Shown here: positions 1-10,751 of the stretch, piece after piece | Layout of the letters: the number at the start of each line of letters is the position of its first letter | Position numbering within the stretch: position 1 is the first letter of the stretch | Virus record (IMG/VR): IMGVR_UViG_3300009068_000028 | Span: 1-64,000 of that record | Source: a virus | DNA length: 64,000 nucleotides | Strand: one strand, 5' to 3' | Translations under genes and position numbers: made by a program | The notes under the pieces: generated by a model | Seen by the model: only the letters and a program-made list of their open reading frames with translations | The model's database searches: none | Told to the model about the DNA's origin: nothing

Positions 1-1
1 T

Positions 2-520
2 ACTGCAAATAGTTTTCTTGGATTAGCTAATCTTTCAGGTGCTACATTTACTGGTAATATTGCTGGTACTAATATAAGTCTTTCTGGTAATGTAAATGCA
101 GTTACTGTAAATGCTACAACTTTTATTGGAAATACAAATGCCGCAACAATTACAGGCACAGTAGCTGATGGAACAACAACTACCGCTGCGTCTGGTGTTG
201 GTTATATGGGTATTCCAAGAAGTGCTGCGGCAACAACTTTATCATACGGCGTTGTGGCTGCAGATGCTGGGAAACATATTTATACAACTGCAAATCGAAA
301 TGTAACGATTCCTGCAAACTCAAACGTAGCATTTCCTATTGGATCAACCTTAGTCTTTATCAACGGAAACGCTACATCAAATATTCTTATAAGTACAGAC
401 ACTATGTATCTTTCTGGTATTGGATCTACTGGGACAAGAACTCTTGCTCCGTGGGGAATGGCTACGGCAATTAAAATTTCAAGCAATATTTGGATGATTT
501 CAGGAAACGGATTGACATAA
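2..520 (+). CDS. Tail fibre-like structural protein, 5'-truncated by the window edge
   Basis: Frame is open from base 2 to TAA 518-520. T/N/G-rich, with C-terminal ...VTIPANSNVAFPIGS...WMISGNGLT typical of phage fibre C-terminal domains. Confidence 0.6.
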   Translation, partial: TANSFLGLANLSGATFTGNIAGTNISLSGNVNAVTVNATTFIGNTNAATITGTVADGTTTTAASGVGYMGIPRSAAATTLSYGVVAADAGKHIYTTANRNVTIPANSNVAFPIGSTLVFINGNATSNILISTDTMYLSGIGSTGTRTLAPWGMATAIKISSNIWMISGNGLT

Positions 521-1437
521 TGCCTGGAGTGCTTGGTGGACTTATTGGTTCAATGTTTCAGACTATTGCTTTGTCAGAATATCTAGTTATTGCTGGTGGT
601 GGTGCTGGTGCATCTGCAAATCTTAGTTCTCAGGCTGCTGGTGGTGGTGGGGCTGGTGGTTATGTTGAAAATAATGCTGCTTCTGGATTGTTTTTTATAG
701 AAGGAAAATCTTATGCAGTAGTAGTAGGTGCTGGTGGTACTGGTGTTACTGGAGAATCTAATGGAGGCGGAGGAAGTAACTCTAGCTTTAATTATTCAAA
801 TATTGCATCAGTTCTTGTAACACTTACGGCTATTGGTGGTGGATATGGAGCACACCGAGGTTCTGCAGATGCTGGCTCTGGTGGTTCTGGTGGTGGGGCT
901 GGGTCGAGACAAGGTAACACTGGAACTCCTGGTACTGGAACAACTGGTCAAGGTACAAGTGGTGGACTTGGATATAGTTCTGGTTCAAATGAAAGCGGTG
1001 GTGGTGGTGGTGGTTCACTAAATAATACAAATACGGCTGCAACTTCTGGTAGGGCTGGTAATGGTGGTCAAGGAAAAACATCATCAATTACTGGAACATC
1101 TACCGTTTATGCTGGTGGTGGTGGTGGTCAGTCACGAACTCAGACTCCTGGTACTGCAGGAAATGATGGTGCAACTGGAGCAACTCTAGGAACTTCTGGT
1201 GCTTCACCAGGTAGAGGTACTACTAGTTCATCTACTAACGCTAGAGCAAACAGTGGTTCTGGTTCTGGTGGTGCAGTGACTAGCGGTAATGGTGGTTCTG
1301 GATTTGTTGTTTTAAAATATCTAGAAACATATCCAGACCTTAAAATTACTGGAGGAACTGCAACCAAAACTACATCTGGTGGATATAAAATTTACCAATT
1401 TACATCTACCGCAACGTTTACAGTAGGAGTTGACTAG
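520..1437 (+). CDS. Glycine-rich virion/fibre-associated protein
   Basis: ATG at 520 overlaps the upstream TAA. Contains EYLVIAGGGAG, GGGGAGG, YAGGGGG and GGSGFVVLKY motifs of phage glycine-rich domain proteins. Confidence 0.65.
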   Translation: MPGVLGGLIGSMFQTIALSEYLVIAGGGAGASANLSSQAAGGGGAGGYVENNAASGLFFIEGKSYAVVVGAGGTGVTGESNGGGGSNSSFNYSNIASVLVTLTAIGGGYGAHRGSADAGSGGSGGGAGSRQGNTGTPGTGTTGQGTSGGLGYSSGSNESGGGGGGSLNNTNTAATSGRAGNGGQGKTSSITGTSTVYAGGGGGQSRTQTPGTAGNDGATGATLGTSGASPGRGTTSSSTNARANSGSGSGGAVTSGNGGSGFVVLKYLETYPDLKITGGTATKTTSGGYKIYQFTSTATFTVGVD

Positions 1438-1778
1438 TGGCACATTTTGCAGAGATAAACGAAAATAATATTGTCACTCGTGTTCTTGTTGTTGATAATT
1501 CACTAGAACATCGTGGACAGGATTTTCTTGCTAATGATGTTGGTCTTGGTGGTACTTGGATTCAAACATCTTATAACAGAAACTTCCGTGGAAATTTTGC
1601 AGGTATTGGATATTTTTACGATTCAGATCTTGATGTATTTTACGGACCACAACCATATCCTTCTTGGACATTAAATACTGCTAACTGGATTTGGGTAGCA
1701 CCAGTTGCATATCCAGAAGATAACCTATTATATGACTGGGATGAAGAGTCTCAGTCTTGGGTAGAAGCAATAGAATAA
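1437..1778 (+). CDS. Conserved phage protein (MAHFAE... type), usual partner of glycine-rich fibre proteins
   Basis: GTG overlaps the upstream TAG. Motifs WIQTSYN, FAGIGY and PQPYPSW. Confidence 0.6.
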   Translation: MAHFAEINENNIVTRVLVVDNSLEHRGQDFLANDVGLGGTWIQTSYNRNFRGNFAGIGYFYDSDLDVFYGPQPYPSWTLNTANWIWVAPVAYPEDNLLYDWDEESQSWVEAIE

Positions 1779-1781
1779 AAA

Positions 1782-1803
1782 AATAGCCCCTTTCGGAGCT
1801 ATT
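1782..1803. terminator. Probable bidirectional intrinsic terminator
   Basis: AATAGC-CCCTTTCGGA-GCTATT hairpin flanked by A and T runs, between convergent genes. Confidence 0.6.
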
Positions 1804-1804
1804 C

Positions 1805-2587
1805 TTATTTCTTTTTAGTTTTAGGTTTTGGTTTTTCTTCTGGAACATCTTCAACTACCGATGCAGTTAGCATCATTGTCGAAGCAAAGCTTCCGCTAAA
1901 GATATACTCACCTGCGTGTACAATCTTGACCCAAGGGGCAGCAAATACTTCTCCACCAATTTCACGGTACTTACGGCAGAAGTGATAGTCTTCTGAAAGC
2001 AAGATTCCGTCTTCAGTAATGCTGGTAGCAAAGTATTCTGTAACCATCTGAGAAGCATCAAATGCACCAGTAGATGTGTTTAGCATATACTTTGAGCAAT
2101 GTGGCTTCATTTTTTCAAATACTTCTTTTTTAATAAAAAGCATTCCAGTACCAACTTCGGTTACAGGAACTGGCTCATTCATTTTAAATGTTGTTTCTCC
2201 AGGTAGCATATTCATAGCAAAGAATCCAGAATACTGTTCCAGGTTTTCTTTACCTTCTACTGCTGCACGACCAACATTTTCCCAGTTGATATTTTTCATG
2301 GGGTAGATAGCACCAATAACATCTTTGCCAGATTCAATCATAGAAATAACATCCATGTGGTCAAACCCTTCATCAGCATCAATGAATAGTAGTGCATCAG
2401 CACCAGATTTCTCAAACTCGTGTACTAGATTATTCCTAGCACGAGTAATGAGACTTTCGTTGTATATCTTAGAGAATGATACCTGATACCCCTTTTTTGC
2501 AAGCTCAAAGGTTAAAGCCATCAGACCATCTAGATATACACCCTTACAATTTCCCCCATACATGGGGGTAGCAATGTGTAAATGCAT
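1805..2587 (-). CDS. GT-A fold glycosyltransferase-like protein
   Basis: IATPMYGG, ESLITRARN, LFIDAD (DxD), GTGMLFI and LSEDYHFC motifs. ATG at 2587 is preceded by GGAG and a minus-strand TGGTATAAT promoter. Confidence 0.7.
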   Translation of the reverse strand: MHLHIATPMYGGNCKGVYLDGLMALTFELAKKGYQVSFSKIYNESLITRARNNLVHEFEKSGADALLFIDADEGFDHMDVISMIESGKDVIGAIYPMKNINWENVGRAAVEGKENLEQYSGFFAMNMLPGETTFKMNEPVPVTEVGTGMLFIKKEVFEKMKPHCSKYMLNTSTGAFDASQMVTEYFATSITEDGILLSEDYHFCRKYREIGGEVFAAPWVKIVHAGEYIFSGSFASTMMLTASVVEDVPEEKPKPKTKKK

Positions 2588-2660
2588 TGTCTCTCCATCT
2601 GTTAGTTGTATAAACATTATACCAGATACTTTGCGTGTGGTAAACTTAATTAGAACAATT

Positions 2661-5600
2661 ATGGCTCAAAATCTTTATGCTACCAAGGTGTTTTCAAGAC
2701 ACCCCTCTGCGTTGTGGGCTTTAGACGAAAATTTAACTACGCCAGTCATTACTTCAACTCCAGCAAGCATACCCCTGACTAGCACTTATTCTTCAGAGGC
2801 AAAGTCTTATGGAGATTCTCAATTTTCTGCATACTACATTGGATCTTCATCTAATAGTTTAGGTGCAACAAATTACGGTGTACCGCTTGTTTATGGAGCA
2901 GACAGCATTACATCAATTGCTCCAGTAACAGGGGATAACCCTTCCCTTATAGTTCCAGGATTTGGATTATTTAATCAAGACGGTAAAGCAAAATCAATAA
3001 CCCTAGAAGCATGGGTAAGAATAGAAGCAAGATCTGTTCGTATTCCTAAAAAAATTATTGGACCAATATCTTCGACAGATGGTCTATATGTAAATGGTCC
3101 ATTTTTAACTTTAAAGGTTGAAGATTACGTTTCATCACACTTTGTTGGTGAGTGGGGTAGACCAATGCTTATTCACATTGGAATCTCTAACAATAGTGTT
3201 TTTCTTATGGTTAACGGAGAACAAGTTATAACAATTCTTTTAGACACAATGTCAATCGATTTTCCAACAAAATACAACGGCACATCTCAAGATCAAGACT
3301 GGATAGGGTTTTATGCATATGCCGATGTCTCTCCAATAAATGTAGACTGTGTATCAATTTTTCCATACCGTGTAGATGTTGAAGAAGCAAAGACAAGATT
3401 TATTTTTGGACAGTCTGTTGACTCTCCAGAAGTTGCTGGTACAGGAGAATCAACTCTTCCAGTAGTTATGGACTATTCTTTTTCTAAATATGCTAATAAC
3501 TACTCATATCCAGATAAGTATGATTGGCAGAACGGCATTCTTGATAATATATCATCTATAAATTCTGCACTCTCTGTTCCAAACTACTCTCTCCCCACTT
3601 TAATATTTGAAGAAACAAGAGACATTATGGACTGGTATGATGCACAAGAAGAAAATAATACTGAGACCATTGCTGCAGACTTGGCATCTGGAGAATTAAT
3701 TGATAACTCCATCTTTTTTGAAATGAATCCAACAAACTGGGGAATAAAGACATATATATTATTTCCTAAATTAAACATGATAGATGATACATTAGATGCA
3801 CTATATGCTGCATTAAAGTATACAACTCTGCCAACAGCAGTTGAAACTATTTTTAAAATATACAATTCTTCAAACGAATACTTTAGATGTTACTACAAGC
3901 CAACTGGATCAACTGTAGAGTATGAGTTTGTTTCAAACGGAATAACAACAACATTTGACGGACAGAACGTTACAGCAAATACATTGTTTGGAGTAGGAAT
4001 AAACATACCAACCCTTTTATCTAATGCTTTAGCAACAAATCAAATGAAATCTTTCTTTGCAAACAAGTCAAGTCTTAAACTTTATTTCTGTGGAGAGCGT
4101 GGCTTTGTTAATGGATACTCTGGTAAAGTTTATAAAATTGGATTCTCAAATGCAAAAAATTATGACCTAATTAAAACCTCATTTACTAGCGGTTTAGTTT
4201 CAAGTCAGTTGTTGTTGCTAGATAATTATGCAAACTATACTTTGTTTGGAGTTTATAATCTTGGATCATTTGCACTGGATATTGCTACATTCTCGTATTG
4301 GGAAGATTATATTCCTCTTACATTACTAGCAAAAAATTCTAATAGTGCAAATATAAACTACTCTCTTGACTTTATTCAATTTAATGTTGATTACCCAGCC
4401 TCTGAGTCAATAGTTTCTTCAAATGTTTCTACCGTAAATGAAATGGTAAAAACATATGCCTATTTTTCAGAACTAACAAAGCCATCATTAACAACATCAG
4501 ATTTATCAAGAACCTTATTTAATTTACCATCAACAAAAATAGTTTCTCCAGATGGATCATGGGCTACAAAAATTTACGAGGTAGTAGACGGTTCAATAAT
4601 TTATATTCCAAGCGTAACCGACTTTACAGAACTTGGATTAAACATTAAATTTGAGATGAAGGTTCCAGGTATTTTTAGAAATCCAGTAAAGATTAGAAAT
4701 ATGCAACTATCTTCACAATCATTAAACAATGATTCAAAAACACTTATTGGTTCAAAACTAGGAAGAGACCTATATCCTTATACAAAACCTTCAACAACAT
4801 TTGTTTATCAGGATTCAATAAATCCTTTTGTAACATATAAAGGAAAAACTCCATATCTTTATCTAAACAAAACAAGTGGTATTCAACTATTAGGATCAAC
4901 ATTTGACGGAACTCGTGGAATAGAAATATTAATTAATGAGTCAGCAAAAAGATTCTTTCTTCTTGATATTTTGCAATTTGGTTTTTATTACGACAAAACA
5001 TTTTCTTCGGGAGCACAGGAAATTTTAAGAATTGGTAGCGAAACCGAAGACAAGTTTTCTGTAGTAGTTGACGGAATTGGAGATAACACAAAAGGAATAG
5101 TTTATGTAAAAAACTTAAGTACTAACACGCCTTATTTAGATTTAGATCTGTATGTAAATGGCTTGGAAGATTCAACTGCATCTGGAGTAGTCACTACAGA
5201 CGGTAACGTTTTTTATAGAAACTGGAACTTTGTATCAATTAAGTTTAACCCAGCATTAAATTTTGAAGGTATTTCTGGTGCAATTAGAATAACTGGTCCA
5301 TTCCTTATTAATAATCTTTCACACTATCAAATTTCAGAAGAAGAGTACGCAAATAAAGTTAACTCAACAAACTGGGGTACTGTTCTAGATAGAGACCCAA
5401 TTGTTGCAGGTACAAATACATGGACACAAACTGTATCAACAACATACGAACCACTAAATGCAACCTGGTTTGATGTTTATTCAGATTCAATTGCCCCTGG
5501 TCTTGGAAAAAATCCTTCGGATGTTTACCGTGCATACTTTGGGGCTAGTATAAAATTACCAATTCAAACTAACATTCCACTAAACTTGTCAAAATATAGA

Positions 5601-5750
5601 TATGCTGCGTACCTAAATGTTGAAGGAACGTCTAGAAAAAATGTTACGACCATAGAAGTTGATGGAACATTGAAAACTGAAGAGGTTGTTAACAAAAATA
5701 CATACTTTCCATCTATTTTTATACCAGTTACAGGACAAAAAGTTAAGTAA
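2661..5750 (+). CDS. Large virion structural protein with N-terminal LamG/concanavalin-like region
   Basis: HPSALWALDE and ITLEAWVRI LamG-like motifs, beta-rich. The start at ATG 2661 follows TGGTAAACT. Confidence 0.55.
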   Translation: MAQNLYATKVFSRHPSALWALDENLTTPVITSTPASIPLTSTYSSEAKSYGDSQFSAYYIGSSSNSLGATNYGVPLVYGADSITSIAPVTGDNPSLIVPGFGLFNQDGKAKSITLEAWVRIEARSVRIPKKIIGPISSTDGLYVNGPFLTLKVEDYVSSHFVGEWGRPMLIHIGISNNSVFLMVNGEQVITILLDTMSIDFPTKYNGTSQDQDWIGFYAYADVSPINVDCVSIFPYRVDVEEAKTRFIFGQSVDSPEVAGTGESTLPVVMDYSFSKYANNYSYPDKYDWQNGILDNISSINSALSVPNYSLPTLIFEETRDIMDWYDAQEENNTETIAADLASGELIDNSIFFEMNPTNWGIKTYILFPKLNMIDDTLDALYAALKYTTLPTAVETIFKIYNSSNEYFRCYYKPTGSTVEYEFVSNGITTTFDGQNVTANTLFGVGINIPTLLSNALATNQMKSFFANKSSLKLYFCGERGFVNGYSGKVYKIGFSNAKNYDLIKTSFTSGLVSSQLLLLDNYANYTLFGVYNLGSFALDIATFSYWEDYIPLTLLAKNSNSANINYSLDFIQFNVDYPASESIVSSNVSTVNEMVKTYAYFSELTKPSLTTSDLSRTLFNLPSTKIVSPDGSWATKIYEVVDGSIIYIPSVTDFTELGLNIKFEMKVPGIFRNPVKIRNMQLSSQSLNNDSKTLIGSKLGRDLYPYTKPSTTFVYQDSINPFVTYKGKTPYLYLNKTSGIQLLGSTFDGTRGIEILINESAKRFFLLDILQFGFYYDKTFSSGAQEILRIGSETEDKFSVVVDGIGDNTKGIVYVKNLSTNTPYLDLDLYVNGLEDSTASGVVTTDGNVFYRNWNFVSIKFNPALNFEGISGAIRITGPFLINNLSHYQISEEEYANKVNSTNWGTVLDRDPIVAGTNTWTQTVSTTYEPLNATWFDVYSDSIAPGLGKNPSDVYRAYFGASIKLPIQTNIPLNLSKYRYAAYLNVEGTSRKNVTTIEVDGTLKTEEVVNKNTYFPSIFIPVTGQKVK

Positions 5751-5768
5751 TATGATATACTGGTCGTT

Positions 5769-6152
5769 ATGGAACAAGAAAAACCAGACCCAATTGAGGA
5801 AGCTCTTAGTAAAGCAAAGTTAACAGTAGTTAAAGAAGAGTACTCTGACTTTGGTACATATATCTGGGTAAAAGCAAATGGCAAGCCATTTACCGACGGA
5901 GACAATAATGTTTTGTCTATTGAGTCAATGAAGAATGATCGTGAGCGTGTAAAGAAACTTATGGATGCCGCCGCATATTATGGAGAAGCAGAAGGTCAGG
6001 CTATCTTCTATCCAAATACACGACAGATTTCTGACGAAACTCACTCAGAGCAAATTGATCGTATGAAGCAAGGATTAATTCCAAACATGAATGACCTTGG
6101 TGCAGTTATTGCTGCAAAACAAACTTTAAAGTTGTATGGAGATGAAGGCTAA
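5769..6152 (+). CDS. Hypothetical protein coupled to the portal gene
   Basis: 127-aa ORF whose TAA overlaps the portal ATG. Extended -10 TGATATACT lies 7 nt upstream. Confidence 0.6.
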   Translation: MEQEKPDPIEEALSKAKLTVVKEEYSDFGTYIWVKANGKPFTDGDNNVLSIESMKNDRERVKKLMDAAAYYGEAEGQAIFYPNTRQISDETHSEQIDRMKQGLIPNMNDLGAVIAAKQTLKLYGDEG

Positions 6153-7756
6153 TGAACCAAGAACCTGTGGAATATATTATTCGTGCAAAAATGGATAATT
6201 TTGCAGAAGAAGAAAATGTATTTAAAACACAGGATCCATTTATTAAAAACTGGGACGGCATCAAATCACTTACTGGTCTTAATTCAAGCTTTAAGCGTCG
6301 TGCAACAAGAATGGCAAAGTACGCAGAAATAACTCCTGCCTACCTCGACAGTGCAATGGCTACAAGTTCAGGTGTTAATGGAGCACGTTCAAAAGAAATT
6401 AATCCTGGAACTGTCTATCACAATGGATACGGACTCTTTGATGTAATTACCCCACCCTGGAATCTTTATGAACTTGCAAACTACTACGACACATCATTTG
6501 CTAATCACGCCGCTATTGATGCAAAAGTAGAAAACATTGTTGGTCTTGGTTATGACTTCCAACCAACAAAAAGTACTATGTTCGCTATTGAAGGTTCTAC
6601 AGATTCAGCTGCAGAAAAAGCACGTAAGCGTATTGAACGTGCAAGAATTTCAATGCGTGAATGGATAGAAACACTCAACGATGATGATTCTTTTACAAAC
6701 ACAATGATGAAGTTTTATACAGATGTTCAGGCTACAGGAAATGGATACCTTGAAATTGGTCGAACTGTAACAGGTGAGATTGGATACGTTGGTCACATTC
6801 CCTCAACAACAATGCGAGTCCGTAGACTAAAGGATGGCTACGTTCAGATTATCGGTAACAAGGTTGTCTACTTCAGAAATTTCGGGGCAGCTAACCCAAA
6901 CCCAGTAAGTGACGACCCACGACCCAATGAGATTATTCACTACAAGGAATACTCTCCACTCAACACATACTACGGAATCCCAGATATTATGTCTGCAATC
7001 TCATCTCTTCATGGAGACCAGCTTGCCTCACAATACAACATTGACTACTTTAGCAACAAGGCTGTACCTCGCTATGTCATAACACTTAAAGGTGCAAAAC
7101 TTTCGGAAGATGCAGAAGACAAGATGTTCCGCTTCTTACAAACAAGCTTAAAGGGACAGTCACACCGTACACTATACATACCTTTACCAGCAGACTCGGA
7201 CACAAACAAGGTAGAGTTTAAGATGGAGCCAATTGAAAACAATGTTCAGGAGGCATCATTTGACCAATATCGCATTCGCAATCGTGATGATATCCTAGTT
7301 GCTCATCAAGTTCCACTTTCAAAAATTGGTGGTGGAGATGCTGCAAGCATTGCTGCTGCTCTTGCACAAGACCGTACATTTAAAGAACAGGTTGCACGTC
7401 CTGCACAAACTAATCTTGAAAAAGTTCTTGGCAAGATTATTAAAGAGAAGACAGACATACTTGAACTTAAGTTTAACGAGCTAACTCTTACAGATGAAAT
7501 TGCACAGTCACAAATTCTAGAACGTTATGTTAAGACACAAATTCTTACACCTAATGAGGCTCGTGAAAAGCTTGGTCTTGGTCAACGTCAAGACGGCGAT
7601 CAGGTTTTTCAAATGACTCCACGCCAAGCAACTGATGCTCGTGCAAATCTTGCAGATAATAGGCAACGTGATGCACAACGCACAAACAATAATTCAGATA
7701 GCACATCAACTACTACTGGAAGAAATGCACAGGGCGAAGGAAGAGCGTCTCAATAG
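6152..7756 (+). CDS. Portal protein
   Basis: TGNGYLEI, EIIHYK, YYGIP, YFSNKAVP and ILTPNEAREKLG HK97/PBSX-type portal motifs; lies upstream of the protease and capsid genes. Confidence 0.9.
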   Translation: MNQEPVEYIIRAKMDNFAEEENVFKTQDPFIKNWDGIKSLTGLNSSFKRRATRMAKYAEITPAYLDSAMATSSGVNGARSKEINPGTVYHNGYGLFDVITPPWNLYELANYYDTSFANHAAIDAKVENIVGLGYDFQPTKSTMFAIEGSTDSAAEKARKRIERARISMREWIETLNDDDSFTNTMMKFYTDVQATGNGYLEIGRTVTGEIGYVGHIPSTTMRVRRLKDGYVQIIGNKVVYFRNFGAANPNPVSDDPRPNEIIHYKEYSPLNTYYGIPDIMSAISSLHGDQLASQYNIDYFSNKAVPRYVITLKGAKLSEDAEDKMFRFLQTSLKGQSHRTLYIPLPADSDTNKVEFKMEPIENNVQEASFDQYRIRNRDDILVAHQVPLSKIGGGDAASIAAALAQDRTFKEQVARPAQTNLEKVLGKIIKEKTDILELKFNELTLTDEIAQSQILERYVKTQILTPNEAREKLGLGQRQDGDQVFQMTPRQATDARANLADNRQRDAQRTNNNSDSTSTTTGRNAQGEGRASQ

Positions 7757-7820
7757 TATGTTGCACTATATGTAACAACAATATAACATTGTTGTAAAAA
7801 ACAGTATATAATTAATTAGT

Positions 7821-9074
7821 ATGACTATTTCTAAAGCTCATTGGCATTCTGAAGGCGATAATGTTCGTCTGTCTATGCCGTTCTCAAAAGTTGATGAAGA
7901 ACGACGTATTGTATCTGGTTTTGCTACCCTAGACAACCTTGACAAGCAAAACGATATTGTTACCCCAGAAGCTTCAGTAAAAGCTTTTGAAAAATTTCGT
8001 GGTAACATTCGTGAAATGCACCAGCCAAAAGCAGTAGGCAAGATGGTGTCATTCAAAGAAGACAAGTATTTTGACCCAGAGTCAAAGAAATTTTATTCAG
8101 GTGTTTATGTTTCAACATACATCTCAAAAGGTGCTCAGGACACTTGGGAAAAGGTTCTAGACGGAACACTCTCAGGATTTTCCATTGGCGGTAAAATGAA
8201 CCAGTGGGACGATGCCTTTGATGAAAAGATGGATGCCACTATTCGTATTATTAAAGACTACGACCTTGTAGAACTTTCGTTAGTTGATACCCCTGCAAAT
8301 CAGTTTGCAAATGTTTTGTCTGTCGAAAAGATAGACGGCATTGATGTAATCAAAGGAGATGCTATGGATGTAGAGATTGAAAATGTTTTCTGGGATGAAG
8401 CAAACGGTATTGTTATGCTCTCAGGAAACGAATCAGAACTCAGCCCAACAACTGGTGCTGAAATGAAAAACATCGGCTTTGTAGAGAAGTCGGATGCAGA
8501 AAAACCAGAAATGGTAAAGTTCTTAGTAGATAGTGCTAAAGGCATTAATACTTCTAAGATAACTAAGGAGGTAGGTCCTATGACTGATGAAGTAAATGAA
8601 ACAGTCGCTGAGACAGTAGAAGAAGTTGCTGTCGAAGCTGAGGTCGCTCCAGAGGCAGATGTTGAAGTAGCAGAAGAGGCAACAGAAGAAGTAGCAGCTG
8701 AAGAGGTTGTTGCTGATGAAGAAGTTGCTGAAAAGGTTGATTCAGTATCCACGTCAGACGAAGTTCTTGTAGACGCAGTTGCTGAAATCAAGGATACCGT
8801 TACAAAAGCCTTTAGCGATCTAACAGCAGTTGTTCAGGCACAAGCCGAACAAATTGCACAATTAAGCAAGTCAATTGACTCTGTAAAAAATGAGGTAACA
8901 GAGGCAAAGGGCGAGTTTAACGAGTTTGGAAAGAGGGTTGACGCTGTTGAAGCAGATACCGCTTTCCGCAAATCTGGCGATCTAGGCGAGATCGTACAGG
9001 AAAATCAATCAGATAAGATTGAGAAATCCCTATGGGACGGACGTTTCCTCAAAACTGCCGATCTATTCAAATAA
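7821..9074 (+). CDS. Prohead protease fused to an acidic scaffold domain
   Basis: RIVSGFAT, NIREMH, LSGFSIGG and ELSLVDTPAN HK97-type protease motifs; E/A/V-rich coiled C-terminal half. Confidence 0.88.
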   Translation: MTISKAHWHSEGDNVRLSMPFSKVDEERRIVSGFATLDNLDKQNDIVTPEASVKAFEKFRGNIREMHQPKAVGKMVSFKEDKYFDPESKKFYSGVYVSTYISKGAQDTWEKVLDGTLSGFSIGGKMNQWDDAFDEKMDATIRIIKDYDLVELSLVDTPANQFANVLSVEKIDGIDVIKGDAMDVEIENVFWDEANGIVMLSGNESELSPTTGAEMKNIGFVEKSDAEKPEMVKFLVDSAKGINTSKITKEVGPMTDEVNETVAETVEEVAVEAEVAPEADVEVAEEATEEVAAEEVVADEEVAEKVDSVSTSDEVLVDAVAEIKDTVTKAFSDLTAVVQAQAEQIAQLSKSIDSVKNEVTEAKGEFNEFGKRVDAVEADTAFRKSGDLGEIVQENQSDKIEKSLWDGRFLKTADLFK

Positions 9075-9097
9075 AAAATCACTTAGGAGGTGACAAA

Positions 9098-10204
9098 ATG
9101 TCTGAAGAAATTATTAAAAACTATCCAGCTGCAGCTGGTTTCGGAGCCGCAGAAGTAAACGGTGAAGGAGCATTCGCATCTGGAGGAGTTGGTGGTGTTG
9201 CAAGTCCTGGTGCAAATACAGTAGGAAACATCCCAACTGCAAACTTTGGTGTTACAACTGGTCCAAACGCTGTAAACCCTTCTAGTGATGGAGGTGCTGT
9301 CGGTATTCTAATGCCCGAACAAGCTCGTAGATTTATTGACTACGTTTGGGACGGTACTGTTCTCGCTAAAGATGGTCGTCGTGTCACAATGAGAGCCAAT
9401 ACAATGGAACTCGAAAAGGTCAACGTTGGAGAACGAGTTATTCGTGCTGCAAACCAGGCTAACGCGACATATACAAACGCAGGTGCAACCTTTGCTAAGG
9501 TTGAACTAACAACAAAGAAACTTCGCCTTGACTGGGAAGTTTCTGCTGAAGCATTAGAAGACAACATTGAAGGTGCAGCCCTTGAGGACCACCTTGTTCG
9601 TATGATGACTAATGCATTCGCAAATGACATTGAGGACCTTGCCATTAATGGTACAGGTACTGGAGGCAACGCATTCCTTAACATTATGGAAGGCTTTGTT
9701 CGCAAGGTTCGTTTCGGTGGAGATGCTCACGAGTATTCTGCAACTGTTACAAGCGGTGCGTGGACTCCAGAAGTTCTTCAAGGTGTCATTAACTCACTAC
9801 CACGCAAGTATCGTGCTCTAAAGAATGGTCTCAAGTTCTACACAGGAACTGCTACCTTCCAGAACATCGTTCGCAACCACGGAACAATCGGAACCAACAT
9901 CTGGACCGAACAGTACCGTAATGCATACCTTGCAGGTACTGACCAGGTTGTAGGAGAGGCTAGAACAACTCGTGTACTAGGTATTCCAATTATGGAGGTT
10001 CCTTACTACCCAGACAACTACATCGACCTTACATTCCCTTCAAACCGCATTTGGGGTTTCCAGCGAGACATCACTGTAAACCGTGAGTACGTTGCGAAGA
10101 AAGATACAATCGAATACACCGTATTCGTTCGTTTCGGACTTCAGTGGGAAGAGGAAGACGCTGTAGCTTGGGTTGATAGCGATAGCCAGGATTCATCTTC
10201 ATAA
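9098..10204 (+). CDS. Major capsid protein (HK97 fold)
   Basis: Strong RBS AGGAGGTG before ATG 9098. GILMPEQARRFID and VELTTKKLRLDWEVSAEALEDNIEG motifs; strongly biased codon use. Confidence 0.9.
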   Translation: MSEEIIKNYPAAAGFGAAEVNGEGAFASGGVGGVASPGANTVGNIPTANFGVTTGPNAVNPSSDGGAVGILMPEQARRFIDYVWDGTVLAKDGRRVTMRANTMELEKVNVGERVIRAANQANATYTNAGATFAKVELTTKKLRLDWEVSAEALEDNIEGAALEDHLVRMMTNAFANDIEDLAINGTGTGGNAFLNIMEGFVRKVRFGGDAHEYSATVTSGAWTPEVLQGVINSLPRKYRALKNGLKFYTGTATFQNIVRNHGTIGTNIWTEQYRNAYLAGTDQVVGEARTTRVLGIPIMEVPYYPDNYIDLTFPSNRIWGFQRDITVNREYVAKKDTIEYTVFVRFGLQWEEEDAVAWVDSDSQDSSS

Positions 10205-10222
10205 TTTGAGTCTTACTCTTAG

Positions 10223-10252
10223 GGAGGCAGGGATTTCGGTCCTTGCCTCTCT
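10223..10252 (+). terminator. Intrinsic terminator after the capsid gene
   Basis: GAGGCAGGGA-TTTCGG-TCCTTGCCTC hairpin followed by TCTT. Confidence 0.65.
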
Positions 10253-10286
10253 TACTATCTGATATAATTATTGAAGGAGGTTTCTA

Positions 10287-10751
10287 ATGTCAAATGAAAC
10301 AATTATCGAAACAGTCGAAGAGACAGTTGAAGAAGTACTAGAAACAATTGAAGAAGTAGTAGATAATTCTGTAGAAGTACTAGAAGAATCAATTGGAGAT
10401 TTAAAACAAAAATTAAAAGGTATACCAGAAACAGATGAAAATAACGTAATTGGTTCATCTCGTAACACTGCCAATGGTGGCAAAAAGTTTGGATCAATCA
10501 CACAAACAGAAAATGATGCTATCGGCTCAGGAGCCGCAAGTAAATCACCAAAAGTAAAGGCGGTAGAGCTTAAAGTTGTTAAGAAAGAAACAGTAGCATT
10601 GTTCTCTACACGAAATGTCTTGTGGGAAGGCGTAGGGAAGATTAATAAAGGGTACAACATTGTAGATAAAGCAGAAGCTGAAAAGTGGCTTAAGCGAGAT
10701 CACGTGCGTACCGCAACCCCAGAAGAGGTTGCAGAGGAGTACGGAATTTAA
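10287..10751 (+). CDS. Hypothetical head-associated protein
   Basis: TGATATAAT promoter and AAGGAGG RBS; acidic N-terminus; lies between the capsid and adaptor genes. Confidence 0.55.
   Translation: MSNETIIETVEETVEEVLETIEEVVDNSVEVLEESIGDLKQKLKGIPETDENNVIGSSRNTANGGKKFGSITQTENDAIGSGAASKSPKVKAVELKVVKKETVALFSTRNVLWEGVGKINKGYNIVDKAEAEKWLKRDHVRTATPEEVAEEYGI

Noticed and set aside
8300-8791. Long antisense ORFs (also 33304-33822, 39523-40095, 49011-49418 and others)
   Set aside because: They are shadows of biased sense-strand codons, with no RBS, promoter or recognisable motifs.
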